Source: Gemmatimonadaceae bacterium
Lineage (GTDB): Bacteria > Gemmatimonadota > Gemmatimonadetes > Gemmatimonadales > Gemmatimonadaceae
NCBI GenBank assembly: GCA_044224875.1
Contig: JBGAJQ010000055.1
Coordinates: forward strand, 1 to 36,089
Direction of reading: 5' to 3'
DNA length: 36,089 bases
Shown: piece by piece, positions 28,411 to 36,089 of the stretch
Position numbering within the stretch: the first letter of the stretch is position 1
How the letters are laid out: each line of letters opens with the position of its first letter
The notes under the pieces: model-generated
Told to the model about the DNA's origin: nothing
What the model saw: only the letters and a program-made list of their open reading frames with translations
The model's database searches: none
Translations under genes and position numbers: made by a program

Positions 28411-28449
28411 CCGGGCCGCGGGGATTCCTCGCGGCCCGGTCCTTTTTTT
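28411..28449 (+). terminator. Rho-independent terminator after the OmpA-family gene
   Basis: GC-rich stem CCGGGCCGCG...CGCGGCCCGG followed by a T7 run; a second hairpin precedes it at 28391-28406. Confidence 0.85.
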
Positions 28450-28584
28450 CCTAACAGCGCCCGCTCCCTGCGACGGTCAAGATCGAGCGCGTCGCTGCCG
28501 ACTCTTGCGATCAACCACACACAAGCGCTCGCGGACGCACGCAGGGTGCACCTCCGGCACTGACTGAAACCGCTGCCTGAGCGC

Positions 28585-30027
28585 TCAGGTCGGGAGGGGC
28601 ACCATGAAGCGAAAGGTGCTTCCGCTCTCGCTGCTGTGGAGCAATGTCGTATCGCCGCCATGGGCTCGCGCCACCCAGCGCGCGATGGCTAATCCCAGTC
28701 CGGCTCCACTGGGTCGCGTGACGGCGTTGGCCGCCGGTGGTGCGCGGTAGAACCGGTCGAAGATGCGATCCTGGGATTCGGGAGGAACACCGATTCCCGT
28801 ATCGGAGACGTCGACGATGACCTGCCGCTCCGCCAGGTTTGACCTGGCGGCAACCGACACACGACCTCCGCGTGGCGTGTACTTGATGGCATTGTCGATC
28901 AGGTTCATGACCGCGCGCTTGAGCAGCGTTTCGTCGCCAACGAGTGCCATGTCATCGGCTGCGAGCTCGCTCTCCATGGTCACGCCTTGCTCGGCGGCGA
29001 GTGTCCGCGCACCGCGCAAGCATTCCTCGAGCACGTCGTGCAGGTACAGGTTCTCACGTCGGATCGGTCGCTCTCCCGCATTGACCTGGGCCAGGAGGAA
29101 GAGGTCATCAACGATTTCGCGCAGCCGGCGACTCTCGTCGCGCACCGTACGCAGCGCATCCTGCAGCTCGTTGTTGCTTCGGTCGCGACGCGCCAGCGCC
29201 AATTCACTCTCGCCACTGATGATGGCGACGGGCGTCCGCAGCTCGTGCGACGCATCCGCCATGAACCGCCGTTGCGCTTCGAAGGACTCCTCGATGCGCG
29301 AGAGGAGGCCGTTGAAGACCGTCGCCAGCCGTCCGAGCTCATCTCGCTCGTTCAAGACCGGGATTCGCTCGTGGAGATTGGCCGCGCCAATGGCCTCGGC
29401 GCGTGTGCCCATGACCACGACCTGGTGCAGGCTCTTACGCGCGAGGAGATACCCACCCAAGGTGGCCAGCGACAAGAGGACGGGAATGCCCAAGGCCAGT
29501 CCGAGTTCAGCCTCGCGCAGGATGCGCTGCTGGGGTCGCATGCTCTGCGCCACGCCGATCACCAGGCGCGTTTTGCCTAACGTGTAGGGAAGGGCGTAGA
29601 ATCGGATCGGCTGGCGGCCTCGCACGATCGTGCGGACGCTCGGACTCGTGCCGGCGCGGAGCAGCCACTCCTGGATGTTCGGGAGCACCGGCCGCGTCGT
29701 GACCCGTGCCGCCACCGTCCCCGAGTCGATCAGCGACTTGGCTTCGCTGGCAATTCCCGTACTCCGTTCGAGCACGGCGATCTGCGTCTCCCGCAGTCGA
29801 TACTCACGCACGACGTTGTCGATGGCCACGCGTTCGCTCGCGCCTTGCTTGCGTTCGAACTCCATTGCGCCGGCCACGGCCGAACCGGTTTCGGCGAGAA
29901 ACTCATCGACGCGTTCGCGAATCGTATAGGCGAGGAACAGATAAGCGGCGGCACCGAACGCGGCGAGAAAGAGCGCGAATACGCCGGTGTACCAGGCCGC
30001 CAGCCGCGCACGGATGGAGTGGAGCAC
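28585..30027 (-). CDS. Sensor histidine kinase with HAMP domain (CusS/CzcS-like architecture)
   Basis: Two TM helices, HAMP (DELGRLATVFN), RRFMADASHELRTP, NLIDNAIKY, DTGIG, GAGLGLAI. Confidence 0.92.
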   Translation of the reverse strand: MLHSIRARLAAWYTGVFALFLAAFGAAAYLFLAYTIRERVDEFLAETGSAVAGAMEFERKQGASERVAIDNVVREYRLRETQIAVLERSTGIASEAKSLIDSGTVAARVTTRPVLPNIQEWLLRAGTSPSVRTIVRGRQPIRFYALPYTLGKTRLVIGVAQSMRPQQRILREAELGLALGIPVLLSLATLGGYLLARKSLHQVVVMGTRAEAIGAANLHERIPVLNERDELGRLATVFNGLLSRIEESFEAQRRFMADASHELRTPVAIISGESELALARRDRSNNELQDALRTVRDESRRLREIVDDLFLLAQVNAGERPIRRENLYLHDVLEECLRGARTLAAEQGVTMESELAADDMALVGDETLLKRAVMNLIDNAIKYTPRGGRVSVAARSNLAERQVIVDVSDTGIGVPPESQDRIFDRFYRAPPAANAVTRPSGAGLGLAIARWVARAHGGDTTLLHSSESGSTFRFMVPLPT

Positions 30028-30030
30028 GTG

Positions 30031-30762
30031 CTAGGCGCGTCGTCCGCTGCGTGATGCGTCCGGCCGCGTACTGGCCGGCACCGGCGCCAGTTCGCGCGAG
30101 GTGAGCAAGTATCCGGCACCGCGCTTCGTCTGTATCAGCGCTTCGTCGAAGCCTTCGTCCACCTTCTTGCGCAGTCGGTTGATGTAGACCTCGATTGCAT
30201 TCGAGAATGGATCGTGGTTCTCATCCCAGACATGCTCGCAAAGCTCGGCACGTCCCACGACACGTCCGGCATGCCGTGCGAGATACTCGAGCATCACATA
30301 CTCTTTCCCGGTGAGGGGAATCTCGTGTCCGCCGCGTCGCACGACCTGCGACGCGGTATCGAGCTCCAGGTCTGCCACGCGCAACATCGACGGAAGCACG
30401 GCGGGCATGCGCCGGAGAAGGGCGCGCAACCGCGCGTACAGTTCATCCAGTTCAAACGGTTTGGTGAGATAGTCGTCGGCGCCCGCATCCAGGCCGGACA
30501 CGCGATCGCCTAACGTTCCGCGCGCCGTGAGCATGAGGATTGGAACCGCGTTCCCCCGTTTGCGCACTTCACGCGCGACGTCGAGGCCGGACGCACGTGG
30601 CAGTCCGACGTCGAGCACAAGGGCGTCGTAGGTGTTGACGGCCGCCTGATAGATGCCCTTCTCGGCGTCCGGGGCAAGGTCCACGGCATAGCCTTGTTCG
30701 CGAAGGGAGCGCGCCAGCATATCGGCGAGCCGGACGTCGTCTTCAATGACGAGAATTCTCAT
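30031..30762 (-). CDS. OmpR-family response regulator (CusR/CzcR-like)
   Basis: MRILVIEDD, LDVGLP, GADDYLTKPF, SNAIEVYINRLRKK, RGAGY. Start at ATG 30762. Confidence 0.93.
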   Translation of the reverse strand: MRILVIEDDVRLADMLARSLREQGYAVDLAPDAEKGIYQAAVNTYDALVLDVGLPRASGLDVAREVRKRGNAVPILMLTARGTLGDRVSGLDAGADDYLTKPFELDELYARLRALLRRMPAVLPSMLRVADLELDTASQVVRRGGHEIPLTGKEYVMLEYLARHAGRVVGRAELCEHVWDENHDPFSNAIEVYINRLRKKVDEGFDEALIQTKRGAGYLLTSRELAPVPASTRPDASRSGRRA

Positions 30763-30942
30763 GCGGGTGAGCCGAAGTCGGCTGAGGACGGTGCGTGTAA
30801 GCCGCTGTAAAGGTGAGGCCCTGCAGATTCGTTCGCGTGGTTCGGTCCAGGAGAGAACCTCACGCGGTTCCATCAACCATGTCACCGCCGCACGATCGGG
30901 ACCGCGCCCACGGCGGGACAACGTCAAGTTTGGGAGCATAGC

Positions 30943-31173
30943 ATGCAGACACGCAACATCCTCGCGCTGGTTGGCGGCTTGGCCATTGCCGCGCCGTTGG
31001 CCGCTCAGCAGTCAGCGGCCAAGGCCGCACCGGCCGCCGCCATGCAACAGAAGGCGAAGGAACCCGCCAAGGCGACGCCGACGGCGGCTCCTACCGCATC
31101 GACGGCCAAGCCGGATTCGGCGAAGGCCAAGACGATGAAGAAGAAGGGCAAGGCGAAGAAGAAGTCGTCCTAA
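30943..31173 (+). CDS. Small secreted Lys/Ala-rich low-complexity protein
   Basis: GGGAG RBS, signal peptide MQTRNILALVGGLAIAAPLAA; the ~55-aa mature part has 14 Lys and 2 acidic residues. Confidence 0.82.
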   Translation: MQTRNILALVGGLAIAAPLAAQQSAAKAAPAAAMQQKAKEPAKATPTAAPTASTAKPDSAKAKTMKKKGKAKKKSS

Positions 31174-31489
31174 CCGACAGCTGCAAGTCCGGGTGCATGG
31201 CGCACGCGCCATCTGCCCGTCAGGTACAAGAGGGGTCGGACGGTGGGGCTCTGTTGGATCACCGTTCGGGTCGGCAGCGCAGGGTGCACGATGCTGCAGG
31301 CCAACGCGGCGCTTCGCGTATTCGAGTCGGGGGGCTCAGTACGCCGAAGCGACCGCTGCCCTCGACATCATCGAATGCCGGTCGCACGCGAGTCCGTGCG
31401 GCCGGCTTTGTCATGTGGGGTCGTCATCGGCGATTAAGGCCGCCGACGTGATCTTCCAACGCGGAACGCCAAGCCCGCCATTCACGCGT

Positions 31490-34120
31490 ATGACCACCAC
31501 GCTGCATCCCACCAACGAAGTCTCCACGGCTGCCGTTTCTCCGGCTCCATCGGTCAGGTCGACACCGAGCAGCGGCACCCATCCCGTTCGCCGCTGGGCG
31601 ATGGCGGCCCTTTCCATGGCATTGGGGGCCGGAGCGCTCGTGGCGTTGCGCCGAGCGCTGGCCACGGTTCACTACCATCAGGTGAGCCGGCTGGTGGCCA
31701 CCCTGCCCGCACAGGCGATTGTTGCGGCGTTAGGACTCACCGTGCTGTGCTACGTGGTGTTGCTGGGGTACGACGTGCTGGCGCTGCGCTACGTCGGGCG
31801 GCCGCTCGCGTGGCGCCGCACGGCCTTGGCGTCGTTTCTCGCCTACGCCTTCAGCCAGAACCTCGGCATCTCCGCCCTGACCGGTGCATCCATTCGCTAC
31901 CGTTTTTGGTCGGCCTGGGGGCTCTCGACCGGCGAAATTGCGCAAGGGATCGCGTTTACTACCACGTCGTTCTGGCTCGGTGTCTTGATGGTCGGCGGCG
32001 CCGCCATGTTGGTCAGCCCCCTTCCCGGCGTGGGATGGTGGACGGCCATCGCGACGCCCCTGGCGATCGCGCTCTTGCTCGTTCCAGCGGCATACCTGTT
32101 GTGGTGCTGGCGAGGTCGTCGAACGATTGCCTTCCGGGGGTGGGCGTTCGCGCCCCCTCGCACGCCGCTGGCGTTGGCGCAGCTGACGGTCTCGACGCTC
32201 GACTGGGCCTTGGCTGGGGCAGTGTTCTTTGTGCTGCTGCCCTCCGCGCCGGGTCTCTCCCTGTCCCTCGTGCTCGGTGCATTCGTGGTCGCGCAAGTGA
32301 CGGCCGTCGTCAGCCACGTCCCTGGCGGGCTGAGCGTGTTCGAATGGGTCGTGCTGACGCTCCTGCGGTCCTATCTCCCTCCCGAATCCCTGCTGGCGGC
32401 GTTGGTGGTGTATCGGGCGATCTACTACTTCCTCCCGTTTGCCGCGGCCTCGCTGCTGTTCATCGCGTATGAGCTGAGCGTGCGGCGCGGGCCGGTAGCG
32501 CAGACCTTCCGCTCCGTTGCCCGAGTGGTGACGGCAGCGGCCCCGGTCTGGCTCAGCGGCGCCACGTTCGTGGCTGGCGCTGTGTTGTTGGTCTCGGGAT
32601 CGACGCCGTCGATTCATACGCGCATGCGCGGGTTGGACGCGCTTCTTCCGCTGGGCGTCATGGAGGCGTCGCACTTTGTCGCCAGCCTGGCCGGGTTCGG
32701 CCTGTTGTTCCTGGCGAACGGCGTGCGGCGACGGCTCGATGCAGCGTACCACGCCACCGTCGTGGTCCTGGCCGTCGGAATCAGCACGTCGCTCCTGAAG
32801 GGATTCGATTGGGAGGAGGCCGCACTGCTGGCCATGATCCTCACGGCGCTGGTGCCGGCGCGCCATCACTTCTATCGTCGCGCGTCATTGCTCGCGGAGC
32901 CCCTGTCCCCGGCGTGGATCGCATCGATCGTCGTGTCCGTCGGCGGGGCCGTGTGGTTAGGCCTTTTTTCATTCAAGCACGTCGACTACTCGAGTGACCT
33001 GTGGTGGCAATTCGCGGCCACGGCGGATGCGCCGCGCTTCCTGCGAGCGACCGTTGGTTTGGTGGTGTTCGCCAGTGGCCTCTCGATCGCGCGTCTCCTT
33101 TCACCTGCGCGTGTCGTCGCCCGCACGCCGACGGCTGAAGAACTGGAGCAGGCCAAGCGGATCGCCGGGACCTCTCGCGCAACGGACGCGCACCTGGCGT
33201 TGCTGGGCGACAAGGCGTTGTTGTTCAGCGAGAGCGGCCGCTCCTTCATTCAGTACGGTGTCATGAAGCGCAGCTGGGTGGCCGTCGGCGACCCGGTGGG
33301 CGATCCCACGGAGTTTGCCGAGTTGGCGTGGCAGTTCACGGCCCTCGCCGATCGACACGGAGCATGGCCCGTGTTTTACGAAGTGGATCGGGCGCACCTT
33401 CCGATCTACATCGACCTGGGGTTGACGCTGTTGAAGCTGGGTGAAGAGGCTCGAGTGAACCTGAGGACCTTCACCCTCGACGGCGGCCATCGGAAGGGTC
33501 TTCGCCGCGTGATCAAGGAAGTGGAGCGATCCGGCGCAACATTCGACGTGATCCCGCCCGAGGATGTGCCGCGGCACTTGGCCGAGTTCAAGGTCGTATC
33601 GGACGGGTGGCTGGAGACGCGAAGGACGCGTGAGAAAGGATTCTCGTTAGGGTCCTTCGATGAGGAGTATCTCTCGCATTTCCCGATAGCCGTGTTGCGC
33701 GTCAGTGGGCGCATCGTGGCGTTTGCCAACCTGTGGCTGGGTGGTGACCGGGACGAGTTGTCCGTGGACCTCATGCGACATACGAGCGATTGTCCCCGCA
33801 GTGGCATGGAATTCCTGTTCATCCAGCTGATGCAGTGGGGGCGTGACGAAGGCTATGCATGGTTCAACCTGGGCATGGCGCCGCTCTCGGGATTCGAATC
33901 GCGCGCATTGGCGCCGGTGTGGAATCGCATCGGCAACCTGGCGTTTCGTCACAGCGAGCACTTCTACAACTTCCGCGGCTTGCGGCAATACAAGGAGAAG
34001 TTCGATCCCGTGTGGGAACCCAAGTACCTCGCCTCGCGGGCGGGGCTGGCGTTGCCGCGCATCTTGGTGCATGTGACGACGCTGATCGCCGGCGGCTTGC
34101 GTGGTGTGGTGGCGCGATGA
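31490..34120 (+). CDS. mprF: Bifunctional aminoacyl(lysyl)-phosphatidylglycerol flippase/synthase MprF (LpiA-like)
   Basis: Multi-TM flippase (GASIRYRFW, SHVPGGL, YRAIYY) plus synthase (GDKALLF, GDPVG, KLGEEA, EKGFSLG, DLMR, FNLGMAPLSG, FYNFRGLRQYKEKF). Probable start ATG 31490; the track ORF begins at 31193. Confidence 0.95.
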   Translation: MTTTLHPTNEVSTAAVSPAPSVRSTPSSGTHPVRRWAMAALSMALGAGALVALRRALATVHYHQVSRLVATLPAQAIVAALGLTVLCYVVLLGYDVLALRYVGRPLAWRRTALASFLAYAFSQNLGISALTGASIRYRFWSAWGLSTGEIAQGIAFTTTSFWLGVLMVGGAAMLVSPLPGVGWWTAIATPLAIALLLVPAAYLLWCWRGRRTIAFRGWAFAPPRTPLALAQLTVSTLDWALAGAVFFVLLPSAPGLSLSLVLGAFVVAQVTAVVSHVPGGLSVFEWVVLTLLRSYLPPESLLAALVVYRAIYYFLPFAAASLLFIAYELSVRRGPVAQTFRSVARVVTAAAPVWLSGATFVAGAVLLVSGSTPSIHTRMRGLDALLPLGVMEASHFVASLAGFGLLFLANGVRRRLDAAYHATVVVLAVGISTSLLKGFDWEEAALLAMILTALVPARHHFYRRASLLAEPLSPAWIASIVVSVGGAVWLGLFSFKHVDYSSDLWWQFAATADAPRFLRATVGLVVFASGLSIARLLSPARVVARTPTAEELEQAKRIAGTSRATDAHLALLGDKALLFSESGRSFIQYGVMKRSWVAVGDPVGDPTEFAELAWQFTALADRHGAWPVFYEVDRAHLPIYIDLGLTLLKLGEEARVNLRTFTLDGGHRKGLRRVIKEVERSGATFDVIPPEDVPRHLAEFKVVSDGWLETRRTREKGFSLGSFDEEYLSHFPIAVLRVSGRIVAFANLWLGGDRDELSVDLMRHTSDCPRSGMEFLFIQLMQWGRDEGYAWFNLGMAPLSGFESRALAPVWNRIGNLAFRHSEHFYNFRGLRQYKEKFDPVWEPKYLASRAGLALPRILVHVTTLIAGGLRGVVAR

Positions 34121-34944
34121 GGATGCCGTACGGGTTGGGCCCCGCGTTGCTCGCTGGATTGGGAGCGGCGGCCTGCCTTGGGGGCACGTCGCGCGGTCCG
34201 ATGATCGGTCGAGAGCCGCTGTGGCAGGCGGCATTCCACGATCAGGCGTTAGGCACTGTCCATTTACGTCGCCGCGGGCCGCGGCCGTCGCGCATCATCC
34301 TCTTCGTCACCGGGGACGGCGGATGGAACGACGATGCAGTAGAACTCGCCGACACCTTGGCAGGGGAGAACGCCTTGGTTGCCGGGATCGACGTCGGGGA
34401 GTGGCGCGAGGCGGCGCTGCATTCCGCGGACTCTTGCGCGGACTTCGCGCGTCCCTTGGGCGACCTGGCAGCGCGGTTGAAGCTGGACGAGCGCGCCACC
34501 CGAGACCCGGTGGTCCTGGTTGGTCATTCGGCAGGCGCAACCATTGCGTTTCTCGCCTTGTCGCAGGCGGTGACGACGCCGTTCGCCGGAGCCATCAGTC
34601 TCGGATTCGCCCCCGTGCTCGAGTATCCCCAGCCGCCGTGCCGCGGCGCCGCGTTCGCCCTGCGGCGCACGAATGAAAGCGAGTTTGCACTGCGTCCCGC
34701 TCCCGGGCAGTTGCAACGTCCGTGGTGGGTGATTCAGGGGACCGCCGACCGCGTGACCCCCGCGGCCGAGGCGCGCGATTTCGCGGGGCAAGTGCACGCG
34801 GCGCACTTTGTGCCCCTCGACGGCCAGGGCCACGGCTTCGCTGGTACCGCTGGATGGATGCCCGCGTTTCGCGATGCCCTCGCCGCCATTGGCGGCCCCC
34901 GTCGCGCACGCCACGCACCGTTGGCTTGGGAAGTGCCATCGTGA
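34117..34944 (+). CDS. AcvB/VirJ-like alpha/beta hydrolase (resembles the N-terminal AcvB domain), possible lipoprotein
   Basis: ATG overlaps the mprF stop (ATGA); LGAAAC; LFVTGDGGW, GHSAG, QGTAD, GHGF. Confidence 0.8.
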   Translation: MRMPYGLGPALLAGLGAAACLGGTSRGPMIGREPLWQAAFHDQALGTVHLRRRGPRPSRIILFVTGDGGWNDDAVELADTLAGENALVAGIDVGEWREAALHSADSCADFARPLGDLAARLKLDERATRDPVVLVGHSAGATIAFLALSQAVTTPFAGAISLGFAPVLEYPQPPCRGAAFALRRTNESEFALRPAPGQLQRPWWVIQGTADRVTPAAEARDFAGQVHAAHFVPLDGQGHGFAGTAGWMPAFRDALAAIGGPRRARHAPLAWEVPS

Positions 34945-35669
34945 CCGCCTGGGGCAGGGGCCAGAGACTTGTGGTTGCGGCCGCGCTGCTGACTGGCATG
35001 GTGCAAGTGGCCTGGGCACATACGCCTAACGATTCGCTCACCAGACCCACCGACCTCCCGTTGCACGAGGTGCCCGCCTCGCAGGCTGGGCGATGGATCG
35101 CGGTGTTCATCACCGGTGATGGGGGATGGGTGGATGCAGACCGGGCGCTGGCGCACGCGCTGGCGTCCCGCGGCATCGCCGTGGTGGCCCTCGATGCGCG
35201 GGCGTACCTGCGCAGCAAGAAGCGATCGCCCGGCGGTGCGGCTGACGACGCCGGAAGGATCCTGCGGTATTACGAAGAACTGTGGAATCGCGATCAGGTC
35301 GCTCTGATCGGCTACTCGCGCGGGGCCGACATGATGCCCTTTATCGCCAACCGACTGGCCGCCGATCTCAAGGGACAAGTGGGGTTGGTTGCCCTCCTCG
35401 GCTTGGCGCCACGTGCGTCGTTCGAGTTCCACTGGAGCGACCTGATTCGCGACACTCGGAAACCGACTGACTTGCCCGTTGAGCCGGAGTTGGAGCGCCT
35501 TCGCGGCAAGCGGATCCTGTGCGTGTATGGAATTGAGGATCGTAGCTCCGCGTGTCGCGAGGCGGAGCGAGGCTTGGTGACAGTGGTCGAGCGGGCCGGG
35601 TCGCATCGGCTGGGCGCGGACGACGCGCCCGATTTGGCGCGGACCATCGTGGGCGCGTTGACGCCCTAA
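34941..35669 (+). CDS. acvB: AcvB/VirJ-family aminoacyl-phosphatidylglycerol hydrolase
   Basis: GTG overlaps the previous stop; signal peptide; DLPLHE, FITGDGGW, GYSRGAD, LCVYG, SH. Confidence 0.85.
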   Translation: MTAWGRGQRLVVAAALLTGMVQVAWAHTPNDSLTRPTDLPLHEVPASQAGRWIAVFITGDGGWVDADRALAHALASRGIAVVALDARAYLRSKKRSPGGAADDAGRILRYYEELWNRDQVALIGYSRGADMMPFIANRLAADLKGQVGLVALLGLAPRASFEFHWSDLIRDTRKPTDLPVEPELERLRGKRILCVYGIEDRSSACREAERGLVTVVERAGSHRLGADDAPDLARTIVGALTP

Positions 35670-35755
35670 ATAGCGGCGCCGAGCCGGACTGGGCGGCCAT
35701 TTGTCGCGGGCGGTAGCGGGTTAGATTTCACGTCGCCTGCGGCTCGCCGCAGCGC

Positions 35756-35828
<73 letters not shown>

Positions 35829-35957
35829 TTCGCTCCGTACCGACTGCCACGAGCACTTCGCTGGCGAGGGTTAACTCGGTCACTATGACCGGAGCGCTTG
35901 CGGGACGCAAACGCGCGCGCCACTGATCAAGGCGTCCGGTTCACTTGTAGAGGTGCC

Positions 35958-36089
35958 ATGCGTACGCGTCTTCTCGCCTTGTTGCTGGTCGCATCCGTCA
36001 GCTGCGACAGTTCGGGATATGTTGGGCAGGTGGTGGGCTTTGGGTCGACGGGGGCGCTGGCGTCGCTCACACTCTCGCCAGCTTCCGCC
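35958..36089 (+). CDS. Putative lipoprotein, N-terminal fragment (truncated by the window end)
   Basis: GAGGTG RBS; MRTRLLALLLVASVSC lipobox; open to the window end (..LASLTLSPASA, reminiscent of an Ig-like domain start). Confidence 0.7.
   Translation, partial: MRTRLLALLLVASVSCDSSGYVGQVVGFGSTGALASLTLSPASA

Larger units (their letters stand above)
550..35031. repeat. Dispersed over-represented heptamer CGTTAGG/CCTAACG
   Basis: 24 exact copies counted by eye on both strands, plus 6 further GTTAGG/CCTAAC hexamers. Confidence 0.75.

Noticed and set aside
31410..31427. Two GTCAT half-sites upstream of mprF as a Pho box
   Set aside because: Spacing is 13 bp rather than 11 bp.
31193..31489. N-terminal extensions in the ORF track (mprF; also phoB, pilD, the response regulator and both acvB-like genes)
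   Set aside because: Downstream starts give typical family lengths, and several also have start/stop overlaps; the extensions do not look protein-like.
550..35031. bldA-style TTA-codon translational control as the explanation for the TTA codons
   Set aside because: TTA occurs in core genes (ffh, lon, rnhB), and the same heptamer appears in other frames and intergenic DNA, pointing to a DNA-level motif.

Overview
High-GC, gene-dense bacterial chromosomal segment. Gene content and style suggest Gemmatimonadota, but this is inference. No integrase, transposase, prophage or CRISPR array is visible. (1) 1-7212, minus strand: udk-phoB-phoR (phoR carries a 1-nt frameshift), a TonB-dependent receptor and a partial FN3-containing lipoprotein, with Pho-box-like 11-bp-phased GTCAC repeats in all three intergenic gaps. 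(2) 7422-12692, plus strand: tandem cyclic-phosphodiesterase/5'-nucleotidase, a small cysteine-free beta-grasp-like protein, adenosine deaminase and purine nucleoside phosphorylase. (3) An outer-membrane beta-barrel and an M48 lipoprotein protease. (4) trmH-like, pilD, a stand-alone Clp D1-only AAA+ ATPase, an HExxH lipoprotein and DUF445, convergent with lon. (5) ffh-rpsP-rimM-trmD-[CHRD-like lipoprotein]-rplS-rnhB, then an OmpA-family lipoprotein. (6) A two-component system divergent from a small Lys/Ala-rich secreted protein, mprF, two AcvB/VirJ-like hydrolases and tRNA-Lys(UUU). The most unusual signals are the window-wide enrichment of the heptamer CGTTAGG/CCTAACG, the D1-only Clp ATPase, a putative Pho-controlled nucleotide-phosphate scavenging locus, and a putative acid/cationic-stress lipid-aminoacylation module.
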